Assembly (NCBI GenBank): GCA_035530235.1
Contig: DATKVD010000522.1
Span: forward strand, 1-54,451
Length of the DNA: 54,451 bases
Direction of reading: 5' to 3'
From: Planctomycetota bacterium
GTDB taxonomy: Bacteria > Planctomycetota > DG-23 > DATKVD01
A model generated the notes under the pieces. It ran no database searches, was not told the origin of the DNA, and saw only the letters and a program-made list of their open reading frames with translations. Positions 8,949 to 17,991 of this stretch are shown in pieces. The position numbers were made by a program, and so were the translations under genes. Position 1 is the stretch's first letter; every line of letters begins with the position of its first letter.

Positions 8949-9890
8949 TCACCGCGAACGGAAGTATTCCCGCGCGTGTTCGACGTCCCGCATCATCTGC
9001 CCGACCAGTTCGTCCACGTCGCCGAACCGCTTCTGCGCCCGGATTCGCTCGACGAACTCGACCTCAACGTCCGCCCCGTAGATCTCCCGGTCGAAATCCA
9101 GAACGTGTACCTCAACCACACTCCCGGACGTCCCGTTCCGGGACGATGACGTGAACGTGGGGCTCGAGCCCACACTCACGACGGCCGGAAGCCGCCTGTC
9201 GTCGATGGCCGCGGTCGCCACGTAGACCCCGTCCGGCGGAACCACCTCCTGCTGCAGGTCCAGGTTCGCGGTGGCAAACCCGAGGTTTCGGCCCCGGCCG
9301 GCTCCCCGCACCACCGTCCCGTAGACCGAGAACGGTCTCCCCAGGAGACGCGTGGCAAGGTCGAAGTCGCCCGCCATGACCGCTTGCCGAACACGGGTCG
9401 ACGAGACCGGCTCACCGTCCACGAGGACCGCGGGGACACTCCGCACGTCGAAGGCGAACCCGGCGGCACGCTCCCGGAGGAACGCCTCGTCCCCCTCACG
9501 GTTGCGGCCGAAGGCGGCCCCATGTCCCATCACGACGCCCCGGGCACCCACCCCTTCCACGAACACCGTCCGGACGAAATCTCCCACGTCGGTCGCCGCC
9601 AACCGGCGGGTGAACTGCAGCACGACGCACACATCCACCCCCAGGCGCTCGAAGAGCACCAGTCGGTGAGGCATCGAGGTGACCAGGGAGGGGGATCCGC
9701 CGGTGAGGACGGACCGTGGGGGCTGCTCGAAGGTGATGACCACTGCGGTGCCCGATTCGGCCTTGGCCCAGGACACGACCTCATGAAGGACCCGCTGGTG
9801 GCCGACGTGGACGCCGTCGAACGTGCCGACGGTGACCACGGGAAAGGGCAGGCGCCCTCCCAGGTTTTCCACGCCGTCAATGTGCCGCAT
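8949..9890 (-). CDS. ribF: Bifunctional riboflavin kinase / FMN adenylyltransferase
   Basis: 313 aa. N-terminal VVTVGTFDGVHVGHQ nucleotidyltransferase motif. C-terminal riboflavin kinase region (GFATANL, PPDGVY, VEVHVLDF). Confidence 0.9.
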   Translation of the reverse strand: MRHIDGVENLGGRLPFPVVTVGTFDGVHVGHQRVLHEVVSWAKAESGTAVVITFEQPPRSVLTGGSPSLVTSMPHRLVLFERLGVDVCVVLQFTRRLAATDVGDFVRTVFVEGVGARGVVMGHGAAFGRNREGDEAFLRERAAGFAFDVRSVPAVLVDGEPVSSTRVRQAVMAGDFDLATRLLGRPFSVYGTVVRGAGRGRNLGFATANLDLQQEVVPPDGVYVATAAIDDRRLPAVVSVGSSPTFTSSSRNGTSGSVVEVHVLDFDREIYGADVEVEFVERIRAQKRFGDVDELVGQMMRDVEHAREYFRSR

Positions 9891-9902
9891 GGGGAGTATC
9901 CG

Positions 9903-11669
9903 TCACTCGTCGTCGAACTCGCCGGGGGTCGTGTCCCCCTCCGTCGTCTCGTCCGGCGACTTCGGGGGCGGCCTGAGGTCCTCATGCCCGGTAAATTCCA
10001 GGACGGTCCTGGGGAAAACGCTGCGGCCGAACTCCGTCACCTTCGTGGCGAGAACGTAGTCACGTTTGAGCTTCCGCTCCGCGGGGAACCCGGACGCGTC
10101 GGCCTCACGTTCCTCCACGACCTTGACCACCGCCGACACGCCGTCCCGCTCCGAGGACATCGGTCCCTCGACTTCGTTCAGCTCAAGCGTCGACATCCGA
10201 TCGATGAAGTCCGGACGACCGACGTCGTAGACGTTGTTGACGAACAACGGCGTCTCCTTCACGACGAGACCGCGCGTCTTGGCGAAGTCCTCGAATTTCC
10301 CGGCGCCGCCCGCTTTCTCCAGCTCCTCCCGGAACGCCTCGGCCGCCCGGTGTGCCTCGATGAAGGCCTCTTCCTTCCTGATATCGGCGACCACCCGTGT
10401 CTTGACGTCGGCCAGTTCCGGGACCGTCGCCTCGCGCACCGCGCCCAGTGGACGGAACACGAACCTCGCACCGGCACTCGACAGGACCGGAGAAAGCTCC
10501 TGCGCGGCCGCGTCCAGTTCGAACGCCATCTGGGCCAGGCCTTTCCCGTCGGCCCGGGCGATCCCCACGCCCGGAAGCTCGAGAAGCTCCACGTCGCGGA
10601 GAGGGTCGGTCCGGAAGTATTTCAGCCCCTCGTTCTTCCGCTCGTTCACCAGCGCCTCCAGCTGTGCACCCACCGTATCGCGGTAAGCACGTCGCAGGTC
10701 CTCCAGCACCTGTGCCGCCTTCTCCTCGACCTTGCGGCGCGTCAGCACCGCCTCTATCTGTGGCTTCACCTCGGGAAACAGCAGATACTCGGCTTCCCCG
10801 GCCTCGCCCTCTTTCTCCTTGATGAGGTAGAGGTCCTTGTTGTCCTCGTAGTATTTCTTCAGTTCTTCCACCGGCACCTTCACGTCGGTCTTCAGCGGGT
10901 CGAGGTCGAGCTGCGCGTATTCGATGGAGACCGTCGGCGGGTTATAGTAGGTCCCGCCGGGGCCCTTCCGGGCCTCGAAATATTCCTTGATCTCCGCCTC
11001 CGAGGGGGCCGGCACCTTGTCGAGAAAGCCGTCACGGAAGAACTCGACGTATTTCACGCGGACGGCGCGGTTTTCGGCACTGTACTGTTCCCAGGCCTCG
11101 ACGTCCGTGGGCTCCAGGGCGAACATCATCTGCCTGAGCACGGCCTCGGCCATCAGCCGCTCACGCAGAATCGTGTCCACCTGCTGTCCCGTGACGTTCA
11201 TGTTCTCGATAAACCATCTCTCAGCCTGTGCATCGAGTCTCGCGCCGCGACCGGCGTAGGTCTGATAGATGCCGCGCTTGGTCTCGAGAACCGCCCTGTC
11301 ACTCACCCGGACGCCGGTCTGTCGGGCAAGCTTGAGAAGTCCCAGATACCCCCAGGCAATCTCATCGACCGTCACGTTGTCTCCCGGGTACCGCAGTTGG
11401 ATGATGTATCGATCGAACTCGTTGCGGAACACCTTGGCCCAGTACCATTTGAAGGCCGCGAACTCCGCATACGTGACGTCTTCACCCGCGATGCGGCCGC
11501 AGACCTGCTCACCGCTCTCCGGCCGCGCCCCAATCAGCTGCGTAATCGCACGCTGGAAAACCCACCCGACGATGAGCACAGCCGCGAGCACGAAAAGCAC
11601 CTTCTTCTGGTGTCGAATCACCCACCCCAGTGCCATGAAATGCCTCCTATTCCGGTTTCCTGAGCCCAT
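9903..11669 (-). CDS. PpiD/SurA-like periplasmic chaperone with N-terminal membrane anchor
   Basis: 588 aa. TM segment VLFVLAAVLIVGWVF followed by a SurA-N-like helical region. I could not recognise a clear parvulin catalytic core. An alternative in-frame start (MALGW) lies 33 nt downstream. Confidence 0.55.
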   Translation of the reverse strand: MGSGNRNRRHFMALGWVIRHQKKVLFVLAAVLIVGWVFQRAITQLIGARPESGEQVCGRIAGEDVTYAEFAAFKWYWAKVFRNEFDRYIIQLRYPGDNVTVDEIAWGYLGLLKLARQTGVRVSDRAVLETKRGIYQTYAGRGARLDAQAERWFIENMNVTGQQVDTILRERLMAEAVLRQMMFALEPTDVEAWEQYSAENRAVRVKYVEFFRDGFLDKVPAPSEAEIKEYFEARKGPGGTYYNPPTVSIEYAQLDLDPLKTDVKVPVEELKKYYEDNKDLYLIKEKEGEAGEAEYLLFPEVKPQIEAVLTRRKVEEKAAQVLEDLRRAYRDTVGAQLEALVNERKNEGLKYFRTDPLRDVELLELPGVGIARADGKGLAQMAFELDAAAQELSPVLSSAGARFVFRPLGAVREATVPELADVKTRVVADIRKEEAFIEAHRAAEAFREELEKAGGAGKFEDFAKTRGLVVKETPLFVNNVYDVGRPDFIDRMSTLELNEVEGPMSSERDGVSAVVKVVEEREADASGFPAERKLKRDYVLATKVTEFGRSVFPRTVLEFTGHEDLRPPPKSPDETTEGDTTPGEFDDE

Positions 11670-11786
11670 GATTATACGGAGGAACCGACTCAGCGCAACA
11701 GTTTTTTCCGTAAGCGAGCGTTCCCCGGGTCTCCCGAAGCGTCATTGACGCCGCTCCCCGCCGGATCGCCGACGCGCAGAATTGCC

Positions 11787-11816
11787 TTGACACCGTCCGA
11801 CGTCATCTGTTCAAAT
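11787..11816 (+). promoter_or_regulatory. Candidate sigma-70 promoter for topA
   Basis: TTGACA (11787-11792), 17-18 nt spacer, TTCAAAT (11810-11816). About 75 nt upstream of the TTG start at 11892, in the 222-nt divergent spacer. Confidence 0.3.
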
Positions 11817-11891
11817 GCCACACCCGTAGGCTCGGTCTTCCGTCGTCCCCGATCACTCAGACGTCGGCCTTCGCCTCCCGGAGGGGCATAA

Positions 11892-14369
11892 TTGGCCAAG
11901 CACCTTGTGATTGTCGAATCACCGACGAAGGCCCGCACGATGAAGCGGTACCTCGGGCCGGACTACATCATCGACGCGAGCATGGGGCACGTGCGTGACC
12001 TCCCCGTCAAGACGCTCGGCGTCGATATCCGCAGGAAGTTCACACCCACCTACGAGATCAGCAAGGGCAAGAAGAAGGTCATCGCGGCGCTCAAGAAGAA
12101 GGCGAAGGCCGCGGACGTGGTGTATCTCGCCCCCGACCCGGACCGTGAGGGGGAGGCGATCGCGTGGCACCTGAAGGAGGCCCTTGAGCTGCCCGACGCC
12201 AAGGTGAAGCGGGTGACGTTCGAGGAGTTCACGAAGTCCGCCATCACGCGGGCGTTCGAACATCCGGGCGAGCTGCGGATGGACCTCGTCAACGCCCAGC
12301 AGGCCCGACGCATCCTCGACCGCATCGTCGGGTACAAGATCTCGCCGCTGTTGTGGAAGCGCATCCAGCCCGGTCTCAGTGCCGGACGCGTGCAGTCGGT
12401 GGCGGTACGGCTCGTCGTCGATCGCGAGCGGGAGATCCGTGCCTTCGACGCCCGGCCCCAGTCGGACAAGGAATACTGGACCGTCAAGGCCGTCCTCAGC
12501 CGACGCGACCGTCCGGACGAGACCTTCGAGGCCGAGCTCAAGCTCGACGACAAGAAGGAGCTCAAGACCGAAGGACAGGCGGCCGGGGTCGTCGCCCGCC
12601 TTCGCGAGGCCGACTACGTCGTCACCGACCTCGACGTCAAGGACCAGACGGTGAGACCGTATCCGCCGTTCTCGACCGACCTGCTGCTGCGGGCGGCGTC
12701 GGTGCAGCTGCGCTTCAGTGCCAAGAAGACGATGATGGTCGCGCAGCAGCTCTACGAGGGCATCGAGGTGGGCTCGCGCGGGGCCGCCGGGCTCATCACC
12801 TACATGCGAACCGACTCGTACAGCCTGTCGCGTGAGGCCATCGGGGCCGCCCGGAGCTTCATCACCGACACCTTCGGCGGCGAGTACGTCCCCGAGGAGG
12901 CCAACGTCTACCGTGCCGCTCGGGGCGCACAGGAGGCCCACGAGGCCATTCGACCCAGCGACGTCACGCTCACCCCCGAGCAGGCCGGACAATACCTGAA
13001 CAGGGACCAGGCCCGTCTCTACGAGCTGATCTGGAAGCGGTTCGTCGCCTGCCAGATGAACCCCGCGGAATACCGGAACACCGTCGTCTCCATCTCGGCC
13101 GACGACCGCGTCTTCCAGACCCGCGGCAAGCAGACGCTTTTCGACGGGTTCACGCGTGTGCTGCCGCGGGGCAAGGACGACAAGGACCAGCTGCTGCCCG
13201 AACTCGCCGTCGGCAACGACCTTCAGCTGCACGACCTCGATCCCGAGCAGCACTTCGAGCAGCCTCCGCCCCGATACACCGAGGCGACGCTCATACAGGA
13301 ACTGAAGAAACAGGGCATCGGAAGACCCAGCACCTACTCCCCCATCATCAGCACCGTCCAGGCACGTCAGTACGTCGAGCTGAAGCAGCGGCGCTTTCAC
13401 GCGACGGCGCTGGGCGAGACGGTGACCGACGCGCTGGTCCAGCATTTCCCGGACATCCTCGACCTGAAGTTCACCAGCCAGATGGAGGAGAGTCTCGACG
13501 ACATCGCGGAGGCGAAGAAGGACTGGATCAAGGTGCTGAGCGACTTCTACGGCCCGTTCGCGAAGGCGCTGAAGGAGGCGTCGAACACCGTCGAAGAGAG
13601 CGAGTACACGTGTCCCGAGTGCGGGAAACCACTGGTCTACAAGTTCTCGCGAGCGAAGCGGTTTCTCGGGTGCTCGGGGTATCCGAAGTGCCGGTTTTCG
13701 GCACCGGTGGACCGCGAGGGGAAAATCACCGAAAGAGAGGAACCCGAAATGACGGAGTTCAAGTGTCCGGACTGCGACGCCCCGATGGTCATCCGCGAGG
13801 GTCGCTACGGGAAGTTCTTCGCGTGCAGCGCCTATCCCAAGTGCAAGAAGACCATGAACATCGGTGAGGACGGCAAACCGGTCGAGAAGGCCAGGGGCGG
13901 CGGGGAACCCACCGACAGGAAGTGTCCCAAGTGCGGGAGCCCGATGGTGAAGAAGGTGAGCCGGCGGGGACCGTTCCTCGCCTGCAGCGCCTACCCCAAG
14001 TGCAAGACGACAGAGAACCTCCCGAAGGATCCGGGCAAAGAGAAGACCGACGCGAAGGAGCCGCCCACTGAGACCGTCGAACAGAAATGCCCCGAGTGCG
14101 GGAGCCCCATGGTCAGGAGGACGAGCCGGCGCGGTCCCTTCCTCGGCTGCTCGGCCTACCCGAAATGCAGGACCATCATGGACCTCCCCGGGGAGGCCGC
14201 ACCTGCGGAGAAGAAGCCCCCGCCCGAGACCACCGACGTCGACTGTCCCGAGTGCGGCAAGAAGATGGTCATCCGCGAGGGCCGCTACGGCAAGTTCCTG
14301 GCCTGCACCGGCTACCCGAAGTGCAAGACCACCCGCAAGCTGGACGAGGACGGCCAGCCTGCCTCCTGA
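11892..14369 (+). CDS. topA: DNA topoisomerase I with five C-terminal C4 zinc ribbons
   Basis: 825 aa. TTG start preceded by GGAGGGG. TOPRIM N-terminus (LVIVESPTKA, DPDREGEAIAWH). Active-site region ITYMRTDS. Five repeats of CPxCG...C(S/T)xYPKC from nt 13611 on. Confidence 0.95.
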   Translation: MAKHLVIVESPTKARTMKRYLGPDYIIDASMGHVRDLPVKTLGVDIRRKFTPTYEISKGKKKVIAALKKKAKAADVVYLAPDPDREGEAIAWHLKEALELPDAKVKRVTFEEFTKSAITRAFEHPGELRMDLVNAQQARRILDRIVGYKISPLLWKRIQPGLSAGRVQSVAVRLVVDREREIRAFDARPQSDKEYWTVKAVLSRRDRPDETFEAELKLDDKKELKTEGQAAGVVARLREADYVVTDLDVKDQTVRPYPPFSTDLLLRAASVQLRFSAKKTMMVAQQLYEGIEVGSRGAAGLITYMRTDSYSLSREAIGAARSFITDTFGGEYVPEEANVYRAARGAQEAHEAIRPSDVTLTPEQAGQYLNRDQARLYELIWKRFVACQMNPAEYRNTVVSISADDRVFQTRGKQTLFDGFTRVLPRGKDDKDQLLPELAVGNDLQLHDLDPEQHFEQPPPRYTEATLIQELKKQGIGRPSTYSPIISTVQARQYVELKQRRFHATALGETVTDALVQHFPDILDLKFTSQMEESLDDIAEAKKDWIKVLSDFYGPFAKALKEASNTVEESEYTCPECGKPLVYKFSRAKRFLGCSGYPKCRFSAPVDREGKITEREEPEMTEFKCPDCDAPMVIREGRYGKFFACSAYPKCKKTMNIGEDGKPVEKARGGGEPTDRKCPKCGSPMVKKVSRRGPFLACSAYPKCKTTENLPKDPGKEKTDAKEPPTETVEQKCPECGSPMVRRTSRRGPFLGCSAYPKCRTIMDLPGEAAPAEKKPPPETTDVDCPECGKKMVIREGRYGKFLACTGYPKCKTTRKLDEDGQPAS

Positions 14370-14440
14370 CCGTCCGGTCCCGGTCAATCCACGGAGGACT
14401 CCAGGCGGATTCCCTGCGGGACACGCTCCCGGGATTGCAT

Positions 14441-14743
14441 TCAGATGGTTACGTCGAGGTGAGGGGGGGCGTCTTCGTCGGCTTCCTGGGGCACATCCTC
14501 AGCGGGCGGCGGCTCGTCAACGGGCTCTTTGTCCGCGGGAGTTTCCTCATTCTCTTCCTCGTGCAGATCAACGGTATCCTTCTGCCCGCCACGGTCCTTC
14601 CGGTGCTTCCTGACGAACTCTTCGAGTTCGGCGAGGTGCCGCTGGTCGTCCGCGCGCTCCTCACTGAGGTTCGTCTCTCTGATTCGTCCCGGGTAGTGTG
14701 ACTCGTTCACGCGATTGTAGGTCCCATCGATTCCGAACGACAT
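14441..14743 (-). CDS. Hypothetical small acidic protein, last ORF after fliA
   Basis: 100 aa. AGGAGGTG lies 5 nt upstream of the ATG. No TM segment and no Cys. The C-terminal half is E/D/P-rich (EEENEETPADKEPVDEPPPAEDVPQEADEDAPP). No FlgM-type C-terminal motif recognised. Confidence 0.55.
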   Translation of the reverse strand: MSFGIDGTYNRVNESHYPGRIRETNLSEERADDQRHLAELEEFVRKHRKDRGGQKDTVDLHEEENEETPADKEPVDEPPPAEDVPQEADEDAPPHLDVTI

Positions 14744-14798
14744 GGCCGCACCTCCTGTCGCCCCGCTCCGTCCCGCGGGCGCCCCGTCGGAAGGACCG

Positions 14799-15572
14799 TC
14801 ACCCTATGAAATCCTGACCTCGGTCCCCCAGTTGATTCTGGAGTCTCAACAGGATGCTCGCGTGCATCTGACTGACACGCGACTCGGACAGCCGAAGCAC
14901 GTGTCCTATCTCCTTCATCGTCATTTCCTCGTAGTAGTATAACACGATTACGAGACGCTCGCGCTGGTTGAGTCCCCGGGTGACCAGTTCCCTGATGTCC
15001 TGCCGCTGCATCCGCTCGGCCGGGTCCTCGATACGACCGTCCTCGAGGACGTCGATCTCACGGACCGTCTTCGCCCCTTCCGTCTCGTAGTACTTCCGGT
15101 CGAGCGAGATGATCCCGGTTGCCGTGGCGGACCTCGCCAGATCGAGGAACTCCTCGGGGGTCAGGCCCATCTCTTCGGCGAGTTCCTCGTCGGCGGGAAT
15201 CCGGCCGTACTTGATCTCGAATTGCTTGTAGGCGTCCTCGATCTTGTGCCGTCTGGCGCGCACCAGTCTCGGGACCCAGTCCAGGGAGCGCAGCTTGTCG
15301 AGGATCGCCCCCTTGATCCGCTGATTGGAGAACGTCTCGAACTTGACACCGCGATCCAGGTCGAACGTTTCGATCGCGTCCATCAGGCCGAACACCCCTT
15401 CGCTCATGAGGTCGTCCAGCTCCACCTCCTTGGGCATCTTGGCGTGGAGACGCTCGGCCACCGACTTGACCAGGGGGAGGTAGTTCTCGATGAGCTGGTT
15501 TCGGACCTCCTGCGTTCTCTCCGCCTTGTAGGTGGCCCAGAGCTGCTGCAGTTCCTCCTCGGCCATGCTCAT
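14799..15572 (-). CDS. fliA: Flagellar sigma factor sigma-28 (FliA/WhiG/SigD family)
   Basis: 257 aa. Region 2 (NYLPLVKSVAERL, EGVFGLMDAIETFD) and region 4.2 HTH (MTMKEIGHVLRLSESRVSQMHA). Position after flhF-flhG. Confidence 0.9.
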   Translation of the reverse strand: MSMAEEELQQLWATYKAERTQEVRNQLIENYLPLVKSVAERLHAKMPKEVELDDLMSEGVFGLMDAIETFDLDRGVKFETFSNQRIKGAILDKLRSLDWVPRLVRARRHKIEDAYKQFEIKYGRIPADEELAEEMGLTPEEFLDLARSATATGIISLDRKYYETEGAKTVREIDVLEDGRIEDPAERMQRQDIRELVTRGLNQRERLVIVLYYYEEMTMKEIGHVLRLSESRVSQMHASILLRLQNQLGDRGQDFIG

Positions 15573-15619
15573 ATCCTTTCCTTTCGGCTAAGCGTCGGTC
15601 TCCGAGTGTTGGGAATACC

Positions 15620-15961
15620 TCAAGCCGTATCGTGGGTCTGGCGGGTCGCAGCGGTCGGCTGCTCGCGTGACCCCCGGTTTTCTTCCGCCTGCTTTTCGCG
15701 CGCCGTGCGCGCTTCCTGCACGCGTTTCCGCTTCACCTGTTCCGCCAGCATCTTGCGCTTCAGCTCCTCGTTCGCACTGTCCTTGGCAATCGCGGCCCCG
15801 ATGAGTCCCGTCACGAACCCGAGCACCGCAAAGATGATCAGCGCCAGGAGACCCCGGAGAAGCACCCAGTTCACGTCGGCGCCCTGCCACCACCCGAAGC
15901 CCGCAACGAAGACGAATGCGATAATGCCGAGCGTCGCCGCGAATCTCCTTGCCGTAGCCAC
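15620..15961 (-). CDS. Hypothetical small membrane protein (2 predicted TM segments plus a basic coiled tail)
   Basis: 113 aa. The GTG start directly abuts the flhG stop (TGAGTG on the minus strand). TM-like LGIIAFVFVAGFGWW and LLALIIFAVLGFVTGLIGAAI, followed by a K/R/E-rich tail. Confidence 0.55.
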   Translation of the reverse strand: MATARRFAATLGIIAFVFVAGFGWWQGADVNWVLLRGLLALIIFAVLGFVTGLIGAAIAKDSANEELKRKMLAEQVKRKRVQEARTAREKQAEENRGSREQPTAATRQTHDTA

Positions 15962-16858
15962 TCATGCCTCCCACACTTCCGCCACTTGTGCCCGATGCAT
16001 GACGGCACGAAGCATCCGACGGAAGAAACCGCCCTCCCGCCCCCGGACCGTCCTGCTTCCATTCACGATCATCCGTCCGATGCCCCGCACTGCGACGCTG
16101 GCCGGACACCGCGGATAGCCGACACCGAACGGCCGACGCTCCCTGACGGCCAGACCCACGTGCTCGTCTTTCGGAACAAACCCCAGCCGGTCCACCTGAA
16201 GCGACAGGAACTGCCGACTCACGTCCGCAACCGTCAGTGACACCCGCTCCGCTTCCCTGCGGTCCTCGGTCATGTTGACCACGACGCGCATGCGTCCGTG
16301 CTGAGGCTCCCGTGAGATCAGCTTGATCGTCGCGTAGGCGTCCATGATCGACGTGGGCTCCGGGGTGCAGATGACCAGGACCTCGTCGGCACTCGCCGCC
16401 ACCCGGACCACGTTTCCCGATATCCCGGCTCCCGTGTCGACGATCAGCAGGTCGGAATCCTCCTCGAGCGTCTGGAGGGACCGGATGAGGTCGTCGCGTG
16501 CGGTGCCGCTCAGGTTGGCCAGTTCACGCAGTCCGGAGGCCCCCGGAACCACGCGAATGCCCTCGGCCGAGACCACCACGTCCCTCAGTCGCATCCTGCC
16601 CATGACGACGTGGGACAGGTTGTGCAGCGGGTGGATGTCCATGATGACGTCCACGTTCGCAAGCCCCAGGTCGAAATCCACCAGGGTCACCCGCTGACCG
16701 AGCCGCGCGCAGGCGATGGCGAGGTTAACCGCGAGCGACGTCTTCCCCACGCCTCCCTTTCCGGAGGTGACCGCCAGCACACGGGCGGACATCCCCGCTT
16801 CCTTCACCAACGCCCTCAATGACGCCGCCTGATCCGGAATCACCGTTACCGCTCCCAC
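15962..16858 (-). CDS. flhG: MinD/ParA-type ATPase FlhG (FleN/YlxH)
   Basis: 298 aa. Deviant Walker A SGKGGVGKT. N-terminal DQAASLR (FlhF-activating DQAxxLR motif). C-terminal amphipathic GFFRRMLRAVM. Overlaps the flhF stop by 13 nt. Confidence 0.85.
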   Translation of the reverse strand: MGAVTVIPDQAASLRALVKEAGMSARVLAVTSGKGGVGKTSLAVNLAIACARLGQRVTLVDFDLGLANVDVIMDIHPLHNLSHVVMGRMRLRDVVVSAEGIRVVPGASGLRELANLSGTARDDLIRSLQTLEEDSDLLIVDTGAGISGNVVRVAASADEVLVICTPEPTSIMDAYATIKLISREPQHGRMRVVVNMTEDRREAERVSLTVADVSRQFLSLQVDRLGFVPKDEHVGLAVRERRPFGVGYPRCPASVAVRGIGRMIVNGSRTVRGREGGFFRRMLRAVMHRAQVAEVWEA

Positions 16859-17991
16859 ACCATGGACGCGAGCGACCCCGCCGAGGCCACCTCGATGTCG
16901 TCGGGAATGTCCTGTCCGGTGGTCACATACGACACCGGGACTCTCACACGACTCGACACACTCACCAGTGTCCCGAGGGCCTCCGCTTCGTCCACCTTGG
17001 TAATCAGAAGTCTGTTCGGTCCCACGTCCCTGAACTGCTTCACCACGTCGAGCATGTTCCCCATGCTCCCGGTGGCACTGACCACGAGATGGACCTCATC
17101 AGCCCACGAAGCGGTCACGAACGCCTTCAGGTCGTTCATCTTCACCTCGTCGCGCTGACTTCGTCCGGCCGTGTCGATGAGCACCAGATCGTAGTCCTGC
17201 AGGTCCACCAACGCCTGCTTCAGGTCACCCACGGTCAGCACGGTCCTCAGGGGCACCTTGATGATGTCGGCGATGGTCTGGAGCTGCTGGACCGCCGCGA
17301 TGCGGTACGTATCGATCGTGATGAGTGCCACCCGACGTTTCCCGCGCACCTTGAAGTTGGCCGCCAGCTTCGCGATGGTGGTCGTCTTGCCGACGCCGGT
17401 GGGACCGATGAGCACTACGACCTGCCGTCGGCCGGCCGTCAGCCGAATGGCCCCGCCGACGTTCACGTGCTCCGCAAGACGTCCCGTGATGCGTTCCCTG
17501 ACCCTTTCCTCGGAGCGCAGCTCCGTCTCCGTCATCTCGGCCGCGAGTGAACGCACCACGTCGGCGGCAAGCCGTTCGTCGAGGCCGTGACCGACGAGGG
17601 TGACATATCCCTCACTCAGCGGCTCACACAGGCCTGCCACCACCGGGGGACAGTTCGACCGAACCAGTTCATCCAGCGTCGACCGGATGCCGAGGACCTC
17701 CTCACGGAGTCTCTGAAGCTGCTCGTCGGTGCCGGAGCGTCTGGCCGGCGCCTGGCGGCCGTATGCGGCGGCCGGTCCGGGGCCGGACAAGGGGGCAGGC
17801 TGCGGGGACACGGGTGGATTGCGGACCTCGGCCGCGGCGGCGATCTCCACGAGCTGCTTTCCCAGAAATCCCCTCAGTCCGGGGGCACGGATGTTCTTCG
17901 TATAGATGATGACCGCGTCCGCGCCCAACGTCCGCTTGACCAGTGCCAGGGCTTCCCGCATGCTCTGTGCTCGGAAGGTCTTCATTTTCAT
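16846..17991 (-). CDS. flhF: SRP-type GTPase FlhF
   Basis: 381 aa. G1 GPTGVGKTTT, G3 DTAGRSQ, G4 TKVDE. ATGA overlap with the flhA stop. Confidence 0.88.
   Translation of the reverse strand: MKMKTFRAQSMREALALVKRTLGADAVIIYTKNIRAPGLRGFLGKQLVEIAAAAEVRNPPVSPQPAPLSGPGPAAAYGRQAPARRSGTDEQLQRLREEVLGIRSTLDELVRSNCPPVVAGLCEPLSEGYVTLVGHGLDERLAADVVRSLAAEMTETELRSEERVRERITGRLAEHVNVGGAIRLTAGRRQVVVLIGPTGVGKTTTIAKLAANFKVRGKRRVALITIDTYRIAAVQQLQTIADIIKVPLRTVLTVGDLKQALVDLQDYDLVLIDTAGRSQRDEVKMNDLKAFVTASWADEVHLVVSATGSMGNMLDVVKQFRDVGPNRLLITKVDEAEALGTLVSVSSRVRVPVSYVTTGQDIPDDIEVASAGSLASMVWER

Noticed and set aside
11919-14387. 822-aa ORF antisense to topA. Similar cases are 9384-11663 (+) antisense to ribF and the PpiD-like gene, and 3979-5826 (-) and 6017-7717 (-) antisense to the 4093-8683 pair.
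   Set aside because: The translations are R/G/P/A/V/D-rich low-complexity strings with no recognisable motifs. The opposite strand encodes proteins with clear family signatures. Long stop-free antisense frames are expected in GC-rich coding DNA.
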